A stretch of 64,000 bases of DNA, from positions 26,822 through 90,821 of the forward strand of contig JAZDJR010000014.1 in NCBI GenBank assembly GCA_043803815.1, in the 5' to 3' direction. The notes under the pieces are model-generated. The model saw only the letters and a program-made list of their open reading frames with translations. It was not told where the DNA came from and ran no database searches. Shown here piece by piece: positions 46,324-56,870 of this stretch (position 1 is its first letter; every line of letters begins with the position of its first letter). Made by a program: the position numbers and the translations under genes. Source of the stretch: Candidatus Micrarchaeota archaeon. Lineage in GTDB: Archaea; Iainarchaeota; Iainarchaeia; Iainarchaeales; JAGVWC01.

Positions 46324-49300
46324 GCGTTTTGCGCATTTTCGGTTTCTTGTTGCAGGGTGTCCAGGACTATTTTGGGGTTCCAGAAAAAGTCGGTTTTTTG
46401 GGTGTTGCCAAGGCCGTTTACGCAGACGACTCCGTCTTTGACCAGTTGCAGCACATCTTCGACGGTTTGGATGGGGTTATCTTTGGAATCTTTGGATAAG
46501 CCGGATACTCCGTTGAGTTCAAGGGATGTTCCGCGCGTGTTTGCTCCGATTAGTTCCGCGTCGTCGCGGCTTTCGGTTTTGGCGAGAGTCGAGATGCTTT
46601 TGACCGGAGTGTAAAACACGGACTGCAAAAACACGGTTCCGCTTTTGTCTTTTTGGCACCATTCCAAGCCGTAAGAATTATTGGCGCGGCTGGCGCAGCT
46701 GGAAGTTCCGCTGGGTCTATCGGGGTATTCCTGATAGGTGTCCATTCCGTTGCCGAAAAAGTCCTGGCATTTTCCGACTCCGTTCCATTTGGCCAAAGAG
46801 CTGAAATTGGATTGTTTTTGGCCGTCGACTTCCAAATTGTAAAACACGAATGCGTCGCGCTTGTTGTCGTTGGTTAATTTTACGAGTACGGGGCTTGCAA
46901 GGCTTGGGGCCAGGTCCAGTTCGTTTTTGCCAAGGTCAATGGACAATACCTGTCCGCGCTTGTCGATGTTAAGCGTTTTGAAGTCCGTAATTGTTTGGTT
47001 TTTGAGTGTAAGTACGGGGTTGCTTCCGACAATGTTGTTTAAGCGTACGCTTTGCTCCGTGCTTTGGTTTAAGACAACCGTGTCTTCGGGGGATAATAAT
47101 TCGTAGTTGAGCCCGTAGCCGGTTCGGCCGCTGTCGATTCCGATTTGGCCGTCAAACGGCAGGTAATAAAACGGGCTGGAAGGCTTGGCGTCCTTGGTTT
47201 TTTCCATAGTGACAATAATTTTGGCGGCCGGCTGGTGGTTTTTGAACCAGGTGAACGATTTGTCCGAAAAATTCGCGTCTACCAAAATTTTGTAGCTTCC
47301 GGGTCCGAGCAGCGGATTGACCGGCGCTCCCAAATAATCGAATGTGAAAGCGCTCGGGTCGGAGAAGTATTGTCCGAGGCCGTCCTGCTCTGAATAATAT
47401 TGCGGGGTTTGGAACAGGGTTTTGGTGAGCGCGTAATTGTGAAAGTCGTTTCGAAAGTCCGCGCTGTAGCCGTCCTTTATTAAAGTGGCTTCGAAGTTCA
47501 CGAGTTTTAGGACTTGTTCTTTGGTCAGGCCGCTCGGATAAGCAATGGTTTTGTTTTGGCGTTCGGTTGCGGTGATAAAACTTTCCAGGCGCGAAGTGGA
47601 AACCGGATCGCAGACCAAAATTCCGCTGTCAAGGCCGATTCGTGTTTCTTTGGCAATCGAATCGTTAATCGCGGAGCTGTTTTGGCAGTCAACGCAGTCG
47701 GCGATTCCGGTAATGGCCGAATGCAGCGTATACGTTCCGGAAGCGATATTGGAAATGGTACATCCGACGGTTTCGTGCGACAAAACTGTTGCGGTATTGG
47801 TGCAGGTTTGGAGCGCTTGGCCGGAATTCTTGTCGGAAATCGTTGTAGTGACAGTGGCTGTTAGCAATCGCTGGTTATTGGATTCAATGGTCGTGACTAC
47901 ATTGATGTCGGCTCCGCTTTTTTTGGTTTCAATTCCCGTAAGGCCGACATCGAGTGCTGTTGTGGACAAGTCTTGGCGGATTGCCGGTTCGGTTCCGATT
48001 AATGGCGGGCATTCGAGTCCGTTTGAATTGGCTTCCAAAAATTCGCGCAGGGATTGCAGTTTTTGCAGCAAGGCAATGCTGAATTGCGTGGCGTCGCAAT
48101 AAATGTGGCTTGGGTTGTCCGAGTCGCAGGAATCGGCTTTGATGTCGGTCCAGTTCCACGAAAATTTTACTTTGGGAACCGCGTTGGCACCCGTGCTTCC
48201 GGTGAGTGCGCCGATTTGGCAGTTTCCGATTTCGTTTGAACCAAGCGTATTATTCAGGTCGGCTTGGTAAGAATTAAGCTGGATGTGAAATTTGGCGTCG
48301 ATATTCTGGCTTTGGGCTTCGCGTAATTGGGTTGGAACTTCTTTTTTGTAGGCTTGGTCGGGATTGTAAAAATGCCGGGTTCCTTTGACATCCATAACCG
48401 CGTAAAACGGCGAGTATTGGTCGGGTTGGAGCAAATTGCCCGTATTTTCGATTTTCAGATAAGCGGTTTCGGTTTGCAGGGCTTGGTTGTCCAAACGAGG
48501 GCTAAAAGTAGGCCTTCGGTACTCGCTTAATGCGGCTCCATCAAAGGGAACATTGGTTTGCGTGCCTGGAGTTTGGATTAAAAAGAACGCCTGGCGGTTA
48601 TAAGGCAAAATGGAGTCTAATAGTCCGCCGATGGCTTGTCCGATGCCGCCCAAACCGCTATTTTGGCCTAAAATTCCGCCATTCGAACTTCCGCCGCCCA
48701 GTCCCGAGGGCAATCCGTTTCCGCCAAAGGAAAATCCGAATCCAAATAATCCGCCGCCAAGTTCCAAGTCTTTTTGAACAAGCAATAATCGGACATCTTC
48801 CTGCGCGGAATATGCCTGCAAGGTTCCGGCCGCGTACATCATCATGGCCATGCTAAACGGGTCGTTTCCGCCGCCTGCTACCGTAACTGCGGCGGTAATG
48901 GTTTGCAGGTCGGCAAGTTCGCTCGCGTCTTTTTCGCGTGCTTTGTCAATCTGCGCGTTTCCGGTGTGCTCGATTTCAACATCGGAAGAACCCATGGGCA
49001 GTCCAATCAATCCGGTATTGGAAATCGGCAAGTTGGATGTTTTTGCAGGTCTGGCTGTGGGCAGTATGGTTCCGCCCGGAGCGGTTGTGCCATTTGGAGT
49101 TCCTGAAGCGGGATTATTGGTTCCGGAATTGAGGAGTTCGTAATATCCTTGTGGATTATAACCAACTTGGGTATATACGCCGCCGTTTTGGGTATAATAA
49201 AAATTGCTGCCGCTCGCGCCAATTGTATTGTTCATGATAAGCGGTTGTTGGACTAATTGGCCGTTGGAAAGTTTGACCATGGCCATTCCTTTGCAGGTGT

Positions 49301-52300
49301 AATTGGGGTCTAGATTTCCGCAGGGAGAAGCGGGTACAACCGTGCTTGAAGAACCGCTTTTTTCATTGTTATCTTTTGAATCTTTGTCCGGACTGTCGCT
49401 TTTGAGTTTTTCCGCCAGGTTTCCGTTGAATACCTGCTGCATCATGCCGATCATGAGTCCCATGGCCGCGGCTTTTTTGCCCGCTTTTTGCGCTTCCTTA
49501 AACGAATGCTTGTCAACCATTATGGGAACCGGCTTGTCCAGGCAAAAATTAAACGCGCGCGTCGTGTCGATTCCCTGGGATTGGTTTCCCTTGAAAATAT
49601 TAAATTCGAATTTGTTGATTTGAATGCAGTCCTGCGGATTCGTGTGAATCACGACGGGAATATTTTTGATTGGTTTTGGCGTTCGGATATCGCTGGACTG
49701 GATGTACACCTTGACGCCGTATTGCCCCGGATAATTGTCCTCGCCCATTACGACGATTTGGTCGCTTTCGTCGTCGGCCTTAAGCTGAATTTGCTGCACG
49801 TTCATGTTAAGCGGCGACTCAAAAGTAATCGTGACGGGTCCGCCGCATTTGGTGGTTTTGATTTTGAACGAATCCTGCACCGGTGCCGCCATTCCGCCTG
49901 CGGCCAATGGCAATACTTGTTGGCCGGTAAGTGGGGTTGTAGAAGCCGTGCTTGCGGTGTTAGCCGTTCCGGTTGTTGCGCTTAAAACTCCCGAATTGGT
50001 AGTGCCGTTAGAGCCAAATGTGCCGTAGCCGTTGTTGGTTTGGCCGTATCCGGCATAACCGGAAGGGTATGCTCCGTAGGGACTGTCGGCTTGCGAATAA
50101 GCTAGTGATGGGGCAAATCCGGGTCCGATTCCGCCGCCAAATCCGCCTGGTGAACCGTATCCGCTGCCGTAACCTCCGATTCCGCCGTATCCTCCGATTC
50201 CGCTCAGGCCGCTTGCTCCGCCGAATCCGCCGTAACCGCCGGCTAATCCGCCGAAGCTTCCCTGTCCGACGTTTTCAAAGTCGCCGTTTAATATTTGCTG
50301 GTTGTAGCTTTGGCCGAATCCGTTTAAGCGCGGCGCAAAAATATTTTGAGTAACCATTTCAAGCTGTTCTTTGCTGAACGCCACGCATTCTTTAAGATTA
50401 ATCACTTCAATGGAAGCGGATAGGGATGCCTTGACGATTTGGGGTTTTGCGTCTGTTGGATGACTGGCCTGAAATTGAATTATAGCCTGGGCAATGTCAA
50501 ATATTCCGCCGCTTGGGGTAAATGTCAATTTGGCGTGGCTTTTTTCTTCCGAGGCCATGGCGGGCAAAATTGTTTTGAAAAATCCTGTGCGCAAAGTAGA
50601 GCCGCCGGAACTCGTCACGATATCAAAGTCTCCTGCGCGGTTGGATTGCCATTCGATTTTGGCTTCGATTTCCTGCAAAGCAACGGGTGTTCCGCCAACC
50701 GAACAATTATTTTCAATGTCAAATTCCACAAAAACGGGTTTTCCTTCGGTCGAGGTTTTCCATTCGGATTTGGATACTGACAAACAAGCGGGGTCGTCTA
50801 GTTCTCCGCCGATTCCGATATTAATCGCAACGGGAATGTCAAATGCCCACGCATGGCCGAAGTTTTCAAGTTCAATGTCAATGTTTCCGGTTATATCGAC
50901 GGGTTCGCTGACTTGGTTTCCAAGTTCGCTAAGCTGCATCGTAATCGGGAATTGCTTGGTTTCGCCAGCCTTGATTTCGTTTTGGCTGTACAAGCCAAGT
51001 GAATTGGAAAGAGCGGTTTCGTCGATTAATCCGTAAAATTTTCCCGTCATCTGGATTTTGCGGACAAACAATGAAAACAGGGTTTTGTTTTCGACGTCGA
51101 CTGTTTTTTGCTCGGTTTTTTTGGTGTTCGCGTTAAATCCGAATCCAAGCTGGGTTGGCCGCACTACGGCAACATCCCCGCTGACGGACAGGTCTTTTTG
51201 GGCGGGTTTGTAATCGGTTTTTTCGGCTTTAACCACAAGTTTTTCTCCGGGAAGCTGGCTTGGCAAAGTGATTATCGCGTTTCCTTGGCTGTTGGTTGTG
51301 CTTGTCAATAAGCTTCGTTCAAAGCGGTCCAAAACCGTGACTACCGCCCGGTCCAATGGCTCGCCGGTTGCGGAATCTGTTACATTAACGGTAACTTCGT
51401 TTTCAATTCCCGCGGGCAACAAGTCCGGAGTAACGGTCAATGAAAGTTCTTTTTCGCTTGGAATGCGGAACAATAATTCGCCTTCGAAAACGATTTTGCT
51501 TTGGTCCTTGTCCACGATTTGGATAAACAAGGAGGAGTCAACCGCTTTTTTCGGGGTGAACGAAATTGTTCCAGAGATGTGGCGCTGGGGAGAAAAATCG
51601 CCGATGTCAATATGCGGCAATTCGTATCCTTTGAGTGTTCCGCTGACGGGCTGCGAACCCGTTGAAAATGCGGTCTGAATTGTATACGCGCTCATTTCCA
51701 AGGACTCGGGCTTGTTTTTCACGCGCAATTCCGCGTTCTTAAACGAGTCGACGTCTTTACCGGAAACGTTCGCGAGTGAAAACGACAAAACGTAATTCTT
51801 GAATAACTGGGCGTCAAAAGAATTGTTGTTCGCGGGCAAGTTGAGTTCTTCGTTGACATCGCGGATACTGGCTTCAAAGCAAAACCTGTCGTCGCACAGG
51901 GTTCCCGAGCCCACGACAAAACTCGCAAGTTTGGCGTCCGAATACAAATCGTTGGCCGAACCGCTGTTGTCCACAGGGTCGCGAACGATTGTTCCGCCTT
52001 TTTTGGTCCAGCCGCGGTAATACACTGTCAACTGGTCCCCCAAGCTTGCGGCTTCCTTGATGTGAATGGGCGCCTCGACCAGATAAACGCTTGCGCGCGG
52101 CTGTTTCCAAACAATGTTGGCCCATTTGGCATTTGCGTTTGTCGCTTGTCCGATATCCACGGTGTAATTTCCGGTAAAAGAAGTGGATTTCAAAATATTG
52201 GATTGCGGCGCATTCGCGCTTTTGATAAACAGCAGGTCTTTTTCCATAATGGTGTCTTTTCCCGTACGAATGTGCAGTCCAAATTCGTCAAGCCGCTGGC

Positions 52301-54290
52301 CGGATTCTGTTACTTGGCTTTGCGGAATCTTGACCAAAAACCTTCCCACATAATCCTGCCCCGGCGCAAGCGATACCGTTTGGGTGGTGCTGTTAGGCGC
52401 AAAAAAATTGCCCTGGAATAATTCCAAAAACTCGACTTGGAATTTGGTTACCGGCGGGTACAACGTGACCGTCAGTTGCTGGACGGTTTGAGGAATGATT
52501 TCGATTTCAGGAGTGACAAACGACGCCAAATTTTCTTTTTGGACGATTGCAAAAACTTTTTTGTCCGCGCGGGTTTCAAAATTCAGCACGCCTTGTCCGT
52601 CGGTCGGAACGGGCCCGCCGCCAAACGTATTATTGGTCAAAGTGTCAATCAAAAAAACGGTTGCGAACGGAACCGGTTGGCCATCCTTGTCGATTACGAG
52701 CAAGCGCAAAGTGCCGTTTGGAATCTGCATGGTAACCGTCAAATTGGGCCTTGAATCCGACTGGTTTTGGTTGTTAAAATAAGCGGGGTCTGCCCAACCC
52801 GAAATTTTTCCCTTGGACGCAAATGCGGTGTACGTTCCCGCGGGCATTCCGCTGAATCGGACCTGGCCGTTCATGTCCGATAATTTTTGGTCTGTTCCCA
52901 AAAAGAATTTCCCTTCGTTTGCCATGGTAACGCTTGCGTTCTGGACGGGCTTTCCGTCCTGGTCGACGACCTGCACTAAAACGGTTCCGCCGCAGGCAAC
53001 AGACAGCGGATTGAGTTCGATGATATACTGGCCGGGAACGATTCGGATGCCGGTTCTGGTTTCAAAGCAATAATTGGCGGCGGTAATTGCAACGTCGAAT
53101 TCCGCATCCTGATTAACGTTGAAAATGACAAATCCGTTGTTGTCCGAACTCGTGGTTTTGCGGTCGATTTCAACCCGGTTTAAACGCAAAGAAACCGACG
53201 CGTTATTGACCGCGGTTTGAAGAGCCTTGTCCACGATTTTGATTTTGATGCTGCCGACAATATTGCGGGTTAACGCGAGCGAAACCACGGTGCGCTGGTT
53301 GGCTTGGATGATAACGCTTGATTTGGTTTGCGAACCGAAGTTTGCGGTTGCCTGTGTGCGGATGGTATATGTTCCGGTGTTGACAAAATCAAAAAACGCG
53401 GTGCCGCTGGCGCTTGCTTTTTGCAAAACCAAAATGCTTCCGGTCGAATCGAACAACTGCACCATGACCGGTTCCAATACCGGGCTTGCGCCATCGGTCA
53501 AGTCCACTTCAAGGCTTCCCTGGCTCTGATCCAAAGAACCTTCCGACAAAGTCAGGGTAATTATTTGCGGTTCGTTGTAAATCGGCTGGGATTCGACAGT
53601 TCTGAATTTGGAACTGGTTACTCTCGCCACTAATCCGTTGCAGTTTCCGGGTTCGACTACCTGCGCTTGTCCCGTTGCGGTCGTAATCGAATCGGGAACG
53701 CGGGCGCTCGGGTTCAGGCAAAAAAACGTCAGGCGGATTTCTTCGTTGATAATCGGCTGGTTGTCGGTGTTGACCAGGCGAATCGTGTGCAGTTTTGTTT
53801 CTCCGGTTCCGCCGCCGCCATCGCTTCCAATCGGCATTAAGCGCGCGGTATGCGTGATTGAATTCAACAGTTTGATGGTGTCCGACGTGTACGGCTCATA
53901 GCCGTCCTGATTAATGGTTACTATAATGTCCGAATTTTTCGGGATTGAAAAAGCGGACGTGCTTCCATTGATTGCGGTTGCCGCGTTCAGGGTTTTGCCG
54001 CCGAATGTGACAATCACATTGACATTGGCCAATGGCTGGTCCTGGTCGTCCAGCACGCTGACAATGAACTGCTGGTTTTGGCCGCTGAAATAATTGAACG
54101 CGAAAAAACCCGCGGCCAGAACCAATAAAAGAATAATAACCAAAACAATGGCAAATGAAGGAACTATTTTGTCCAAGGGTTCGATGACTGAATAAACCGG
54201 AATGCCTTTGGAATCCAATGAATCCAAAAATTGGTAATAGCCGTCTTCCCACCGAAAATAAGTGTCGCGAATAGAATCCATCAAACCCAA
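46311..54290 (-). CDS. Giant (2659 aa) N-terminally anchored surface protein with Ig/CarboxypepD-like repeats and a G/Y-rich low-complexity tract
   Basis: N-terminal TM (VPSFAIVLVIILLLVLAAGFFAF), many NxT/S sequons, GYGGFGGASGLSGIGGYGGIGGYGSGYGSPGGFGGG block. Paralogous to the gene at 56871. Confidence 0.75.
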   Translation of the reverse strand: MGLMDSIRDTYFRWEDGYYQFLDSLDSKGIPVYSVIEPLDKIVPSFAIVLVIILLLVLAAGFFAFNYFSGQNQQFIVSVLDDQDQPLANVNVIVTFGGKTLNAATAINGSTSAFSIPKNSDIIVTINQDGYEPYTSDTIKLLNSITHTARLMPIGSDGGGGTGETKLHTIRLVNTDNQPIINEEIRLTFFCLNPSARVPDSITTATGQAQVVEPGNCNGLVARVTSSKFRTVESQPIYNEPQIITLTLSEGSLDQSQGSLEVDLTDGASPVLEPVMVQLFDSTGSILVLQKASASGTAFFDFVNTGTYTIRTQATANFGSQTKSSVIIQANQRTVVSLALTRNIVGSIKIKIVDKALQTAVNNASVSLRLNRVEIDRKTTSSDNNGFVIFNVNQDAEFDVAITAANYCFETRTGIRIVPGQYIIELNPLSVACGGTVLVQVVDQDGKPVQNASVTMANEGKFFLGTDQKLSDMNGQVRFSGMPAGTYTAFASKGKISGWADPAYFNNQNQSDSRPNLTVTMQIPNGTLRLLVIDKDGQPVPFATVFLIDTLTNNTFGGGPVPTDGQGVLNFETRADKKVFAIVQKENLASFVTPEIEIIPQTVQQLTVTLYPPVTKFQVEFLELFQGNFFAPNSTTQTVSLAPGQDYVGRFLVKIPQSQVTESGQRLDEFGLHIRTGKDTIMEKDLLFIKSANAPQSNILKSTSFTGNYTVDIGQATNANAKWANIVWKQPRASVYLVEAPIHIKEAASLGDQLTVYYRGWTKKGGTIVRDPVDNSGSANDLYSDAKLASFVVGSGTLCDDRFCFEASIRDVNEELNLPANNNSFDAQLFKNYVLSFSLANVSGKDVDSFKNAELRVKNKPESLEMSAYTIQTAFSTGSQPVSGTLKGYELPHIDIGDFSPQRHISGTISFTPKKAVDSSLFIQIVDKDQSKIVFEGELLFRIPSEKELSLTVTPDLLPAGIENEVTVNVTDSATGEPLDRAVVTVLDRFERSLLTSTTNSQGNAIITLPSQLPGEKLVVKAEKTDYKPAQKDLSVSGDVAVVRPTQLGFGFNANTKKTEQKTVDVENKTLFSLFVRKIQMTGKFYGLIDETALSNSLGLYSQNEIKAGETKQFPITMQLSELGNQVSEPVDITGNIDIELENFGHAWAFDIPVAINIGIGGELDDPACLSVSKSEWKTSTEGKPVFVEFDIENNCSVGGTPVALQEIEAKIEWQSNRAGDFDIVTSSGGSTLRTGFFKTILPAMASEEKSHAKLTFTPSGGIFDIAQAIIQFQASHPTDAKPQIVKASLSASIEVINLKECVAFSKEQLEMVTQNIFAPRLNGFGQSYNQQILNGDFENVGQGSFGGLAGGYGGFGGASGLSGIGGYGGIGGYGSGYGSPGGFGGGIGPGFAPSLAYSQADSPYGAYPSGYAGYGQTNNGYGTFGSNGTTNSGVLSATTGTANTASTASTTPLTGQQVLPLAAGGMAAPVQDSFKIKTTKCGGPVTITFESPLNMNVQQIQLKADDESDQIVVMGEDNYPGQYGVKVYIQSSDIRTPKPIKNIPVVIHTNPQDCIQINKFEFNIFKGNQSQGIDTTRAFNFCLDKPVPIMVDKHSFKEAQKAGKKAAAMGLMIGMMQQVFNGNLAEKLKSDSPDKDSKDNNEKSGSSSTVVPASPCGNLDPNYTCKGMAMVKLSNGQLVQQPLIMNNTIGASGSNFYYTQNGGVYTQVGYNPQGYYELLNSGTNNPASGTPNGTTAPGGTILPTARPAKTSNLPISNTGLIGLPMGSSDVEIEHTGNAQIDKAREKDASELADLQTITAAVTVAGGGNDPFSMAMMMYAAGTLQAYSAQEDVRLLLVQKDLELGGGLFGFGFSFGGNGLPSGLGGGSSNGGILGQNSGLGGIGQAIGGLLDSILPYNRQAFFLIQTPGTQTNVPFDGAALSEYRRPTFSPRLDNQALQTETAYLKIENTGNLLQPDQYSPFYAVMDVKGTRHFYNPDQAYKKEVPTQLREAQSQNIDAKFHIQLNSYQADLNNTLGSNEIGNCQIGALTGSTGANAVPKVKFSWNWTDIKADSCDSDNPSHIYCDATQFSIALLQKLQSLREFLEANSNGLECPPLIGTEPAIRQDLSTTALDVGLTGIETKKSGADINVVTTIESNNQRLLTATVTTTISDKNSGQALQTCTNTATVLSHETVGCTISNIASGTYTLHSAITGIADCVDCQNSSAINDSIAKETRIGLDSGILVCDPVSTSRLESFITATERQNKTIAYPSGLTKEQVLKLVNFEATLIKDGYSADFRNDFHNYALTKTLFQTPQYYSEQDGLGQYFSDPSAFTFDYLGAPVNPLLGPGSYKILVDANFSDKSFTWFKNHQPAAKIIVTMEKTKDAKPSSPFYYLPFDGQIGIDSGRTGYGLNYELLSPEDTVVLNQSTEQSVRLNNIVGSNPVLTLKNQTITDFKTLNIDKRGQVLSIDLGKNELDLAPSLASPVLVKLTNDNKRDAFVFYNLEVDGQKQSNFSSLAKWNGVGKCQDFFGNGMDTYQEYPDRPSGTSSCASRANNSYGLEWCQKDKSGTVFLQSVFYTPVKSISTLAKTESRDDAELIGANTRGTSLELNGVSGLSKDSKDNPIQTVEDVLQLVKDGVVCVNGLGNTQKTDFFWNPKIVLDTLQQETENAQNACIQ

Positions 54291-54638
54291 TGAAATCCCT
54301 CTTTAACGTGGTCGAATTAACATACTCGGTTTTGCTTCGTTTTTTTAATATATGGTCAAACAAGGTTTTTTCAGGCCAAAACCCCCCTAAAACCCTCAAA
54401 AATAGGCGCTTGACGTTTAAATAGTTAGCGCCCAAAAATCCCAAAAATCAAGCGATTTAAGCGAAATTTATCGTATCGAATTCGCCAATTAACCCCCGAT
54501 CGCCAAAAAAAATTCAAACCCAAAATTCGGCAACGGTTTTGTACAAAAATCAGCCAACACCATTTTATGGTGTGCGCATACCCAAAGGGTATTGGCCGAA
54601 GGCCGACAAGACGGATAATTAAAAAACGCTTTTTTGGA

Positions 54639-56033
54639 TTACCGCACGTTTCTGACCAAAAGCGGGGGAATGACGTCGCTTTCCGCGGCTAACGGCTTGA
54701 ACCGCGTGTCTATTTTTTCCTGCGAAACCAAACGGTTATTGGACGTTCGAAGGCCGTCAAGTTCGGCGGAAAGCACGACTCCGTACTCGGAATCCAAACA
54801 AATTTTTGGGGAAACCGCGGGAAAATTCTGGCGCATGTCGGAATCTAAAATCATTCCGGGGTTTTGCGAAACTTCCGCCAGCTTTTGCAAGGTCTTGTCG
54901 CCGTTGACTTGGGCGTCGAACCGTTCGCAGGCGCGGCCTGCAATTTCGATTTCACCGTTTTGGGTAACTGAAAAAACCGTTCGGAAATTCAATTGCCAGA
55001 ACCAGTCGCTTTCCGCGGTGTTCCGGCTTTTTTGCAGGAAAAATTCCCGCGTAATGCTGTCCCAGTTTGTGACAAACGACTGCAATGCGCGGACCTTGGT
55101 TTGTTCCAACGATTCGCGGTCGGTTTTGCGGCAGGTATCGGCATCGACCGGCCCTTCGCAAAAAATCGCGGTTCCGTTGTAATCAAACCATGTATTGGAA
55201 TCGCTTCCGGAGATTTCCTCTATCCGAAAACTGTTTTCATATTTCAAAAAAACGGTTTGTTTTTGAATCGGAGCCGAATCGCTTTGCAGCCAAACCGTGC
55301 GGGTTTGCGCTTCGGAAAAACTTTCCAGATTATTTACTTCGCTTGATTTTTCGCTTAATGTCAAAAACCGGTTTAATGCCGCGTCGGGAACAACATTGTT
55401 CAATGGCGGCTCGAATAAACCGAATAATTTTTCAAAGCTGAATTTTCCCTGCCGAAAATCCTTGGCCAGCACCACTCCGTTTTGGCTTGCGTACACCAAG
55501 GCCTGGCTTGATGCCGAAACAAAAATCGCCAAGGCGATTCCGATTAAAAAAACCGCGATGATTTTTCTGTTCAGCAGGTTAAATTCGGTTTTTTTGGCCA
55601 AATCGTCAAACAGCAGTTCTCCGATTAAAACGCCCAGCAGGCCAAACCACACCAGAACGATGGTTTCGGACAAGACCAATAAGATTCCGGAAAACGATAC
55701 TTTGGCGGCCTGAACAAAACCCAATGCCAAAAAAAACAGGAATCCCAAGCGGCCGAAAAAAAGCAGGGTAAAAACGGCCATGACCAGGCCCATCCATGCC
55801 AGTTCAAGCGGCGTTGTCAGATTCAGGGTCAACAGGGTATAATGCCACCCGAACATTTTGGCAAGCAAAACCCCGACAATCCATGCGCTTAAAAACGCGA
55901 AAAAGCTGATGACGAGACTTGATTTGGATGCCATTTTAACCGAAAATAGTAACGCGATTCCTATTCTAAATGGTTGCGGTTTGGGTTGGGTGTTTTCTAA
56001 AACCAAAAAAAAACAAAATTTTTTATTTGACAC
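54639..56033 (-). CDS. Membrane protein: polytopic N-terminal half, extracytoplasmic C-terminal half
   Basis: About 8 TM in the first 230 aa. Lies between the two giant genes on the same strand. Confidence 0.5.
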   Translation of the reverse strand: MSNKKFCFFLVLENTQPKPQPFRIGIALLFSVKMASKSSLVISFFAFLSAWIVGVLLAKMFGWHYTLLTLNLTTPLELAWMGLVMAVFTLLFFGRLGFLFFLALGFVQAAKVSFSGILLVLSETIVLVWFGLLGVLIGELLFDDLAKKTEFNLLNRKIIAVFLIGIALAIFVSASSQALVYASQNGVVLAKDFRQGKFSFEKLFGLFEPPLNNVVPDAALNRFLTLSEKSSEVNNLESFSEAQTRTVWLQSDSAPIQKQTVFLKYENSFRIEEISGSDSNTWFDYNGTAIFCEGPVDADTCRKTDRESLEQTKVRALQSFVTNWDSITREFFLQKSRNTAESDWFWQLNFRTVFSVTQNGEIEIAGRACERFDAQVNGDKTLQKLAEVSQNPGMILDSDMRQNFPAVSPKICLDSEYGVVLSAELDGLRTSNNRLVSQEKIDTRFKPLAAESDVIPPLLVRNVR

Positions 56034-56219
56034 CCGATTGGCGGCTTTTGTTGATATTCCAAAAATAGCCGGGCTTTATTACGTGGAAAAACCCCCGTTA
56101 AAATTGGACGAGTTCCCTTGCAGGGGACAAGCGGCGATTGGCGAGAATGACCGCCGGATTTTTCACGGCAAAAAGCGAAATAAAACGGTTTTAAATACGG
56201 GTTTTGCAGTATTTACTAT

Positions 56220-56411
56220 ATGGCGAAAAGCACTCTTCAAACGCAAACGATTCAGAAAATAAACCCGGGAGCCGAACGCGCCAAAATCGGGCAAGCCCTC
56301 AAAAAATGGGTGGATGAAACCGGTTTGCGCGGAAAAAAAATAATTCTGCCGACCCAAAAGCAAAGGGACGAATGGACTAAAGCGTACCTTGCACGAACTC
56401 AAGGGGAGTAA
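56220..56411 (+). CDS. Small hypothetical protein (63 aa)
   Basis: ORF overlapping the 3' end of the PIN gene on the opposite strand. Weak. Confidence 0.2.
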   Translation: MAKSTLQTQTIQKINPGAERAKIGQALKKWVDETGLRGKKIILPTQKQRDEWTKAYLARTQGE

Positions 56412-56805
56412 AACACGAAATAAGGCGCCCCGCTTTTTCCATGTCTTTTTTGTTCCAAGAAACAATTGCATTGCAATTTGATTCAAGTGCAGCCGCAACA
56501 TGAACTGCGTCGGCGCGATGGATGCCTGTTTTTTGGGAAACTATTTTTGCTTGCTCACTCGAAGCGTCCTTGACGAATTCAACAGAAACTCCCAGGCATA
56601 AAAACAATTTTTCAACGCTTTTTTTGTCCGAAAAAGCGATTTTGGCGACTTCAAACAGAAAATGGTCGGAAAGCACAATACCGATTTTTTTTCCGCGGCA
56701 AAATGAAAAAAAATCTTCGGCTTGCACAAACCGCAGGTTAAACGCTCCGTCGATTTCGCTTTTGACAAACGAAATAAAAACGTTGGAATCCAGATAAACC
56801 CGCAT
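56377..56805 (-). CDS. PIN-domain (VapC-like) ribonuclease
   Basis: MRVYLDSNVFISF (PIN N-terminal Asp), plus later conserved D/E positions (SDHFLFEVA...DAVHVAAA). Start trimmed to the internal Met; the ORF track extends 63 codons upstream. Confidence 0.6.
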   Translation of the reverse strand: MRVYLDSNVFISFVKSEIDGAFNLRFVQAEDFFSFCRGKKIGIVLSDHFLFEVAKIAFSDKKSVEKLFLCLGVSVEFVKDASSEQAKIVSQKTGIHRADAVHVAAALESNCNAIVSWNKKDMEKAGRLISCFTPLEFVQGTL

Positions 56806-56870
56806 GAAAAAACGATTGCCAAAACAGGTTAAAAAATACGAAAACTTTCGGCGATTGACTTGCGGTTTTT

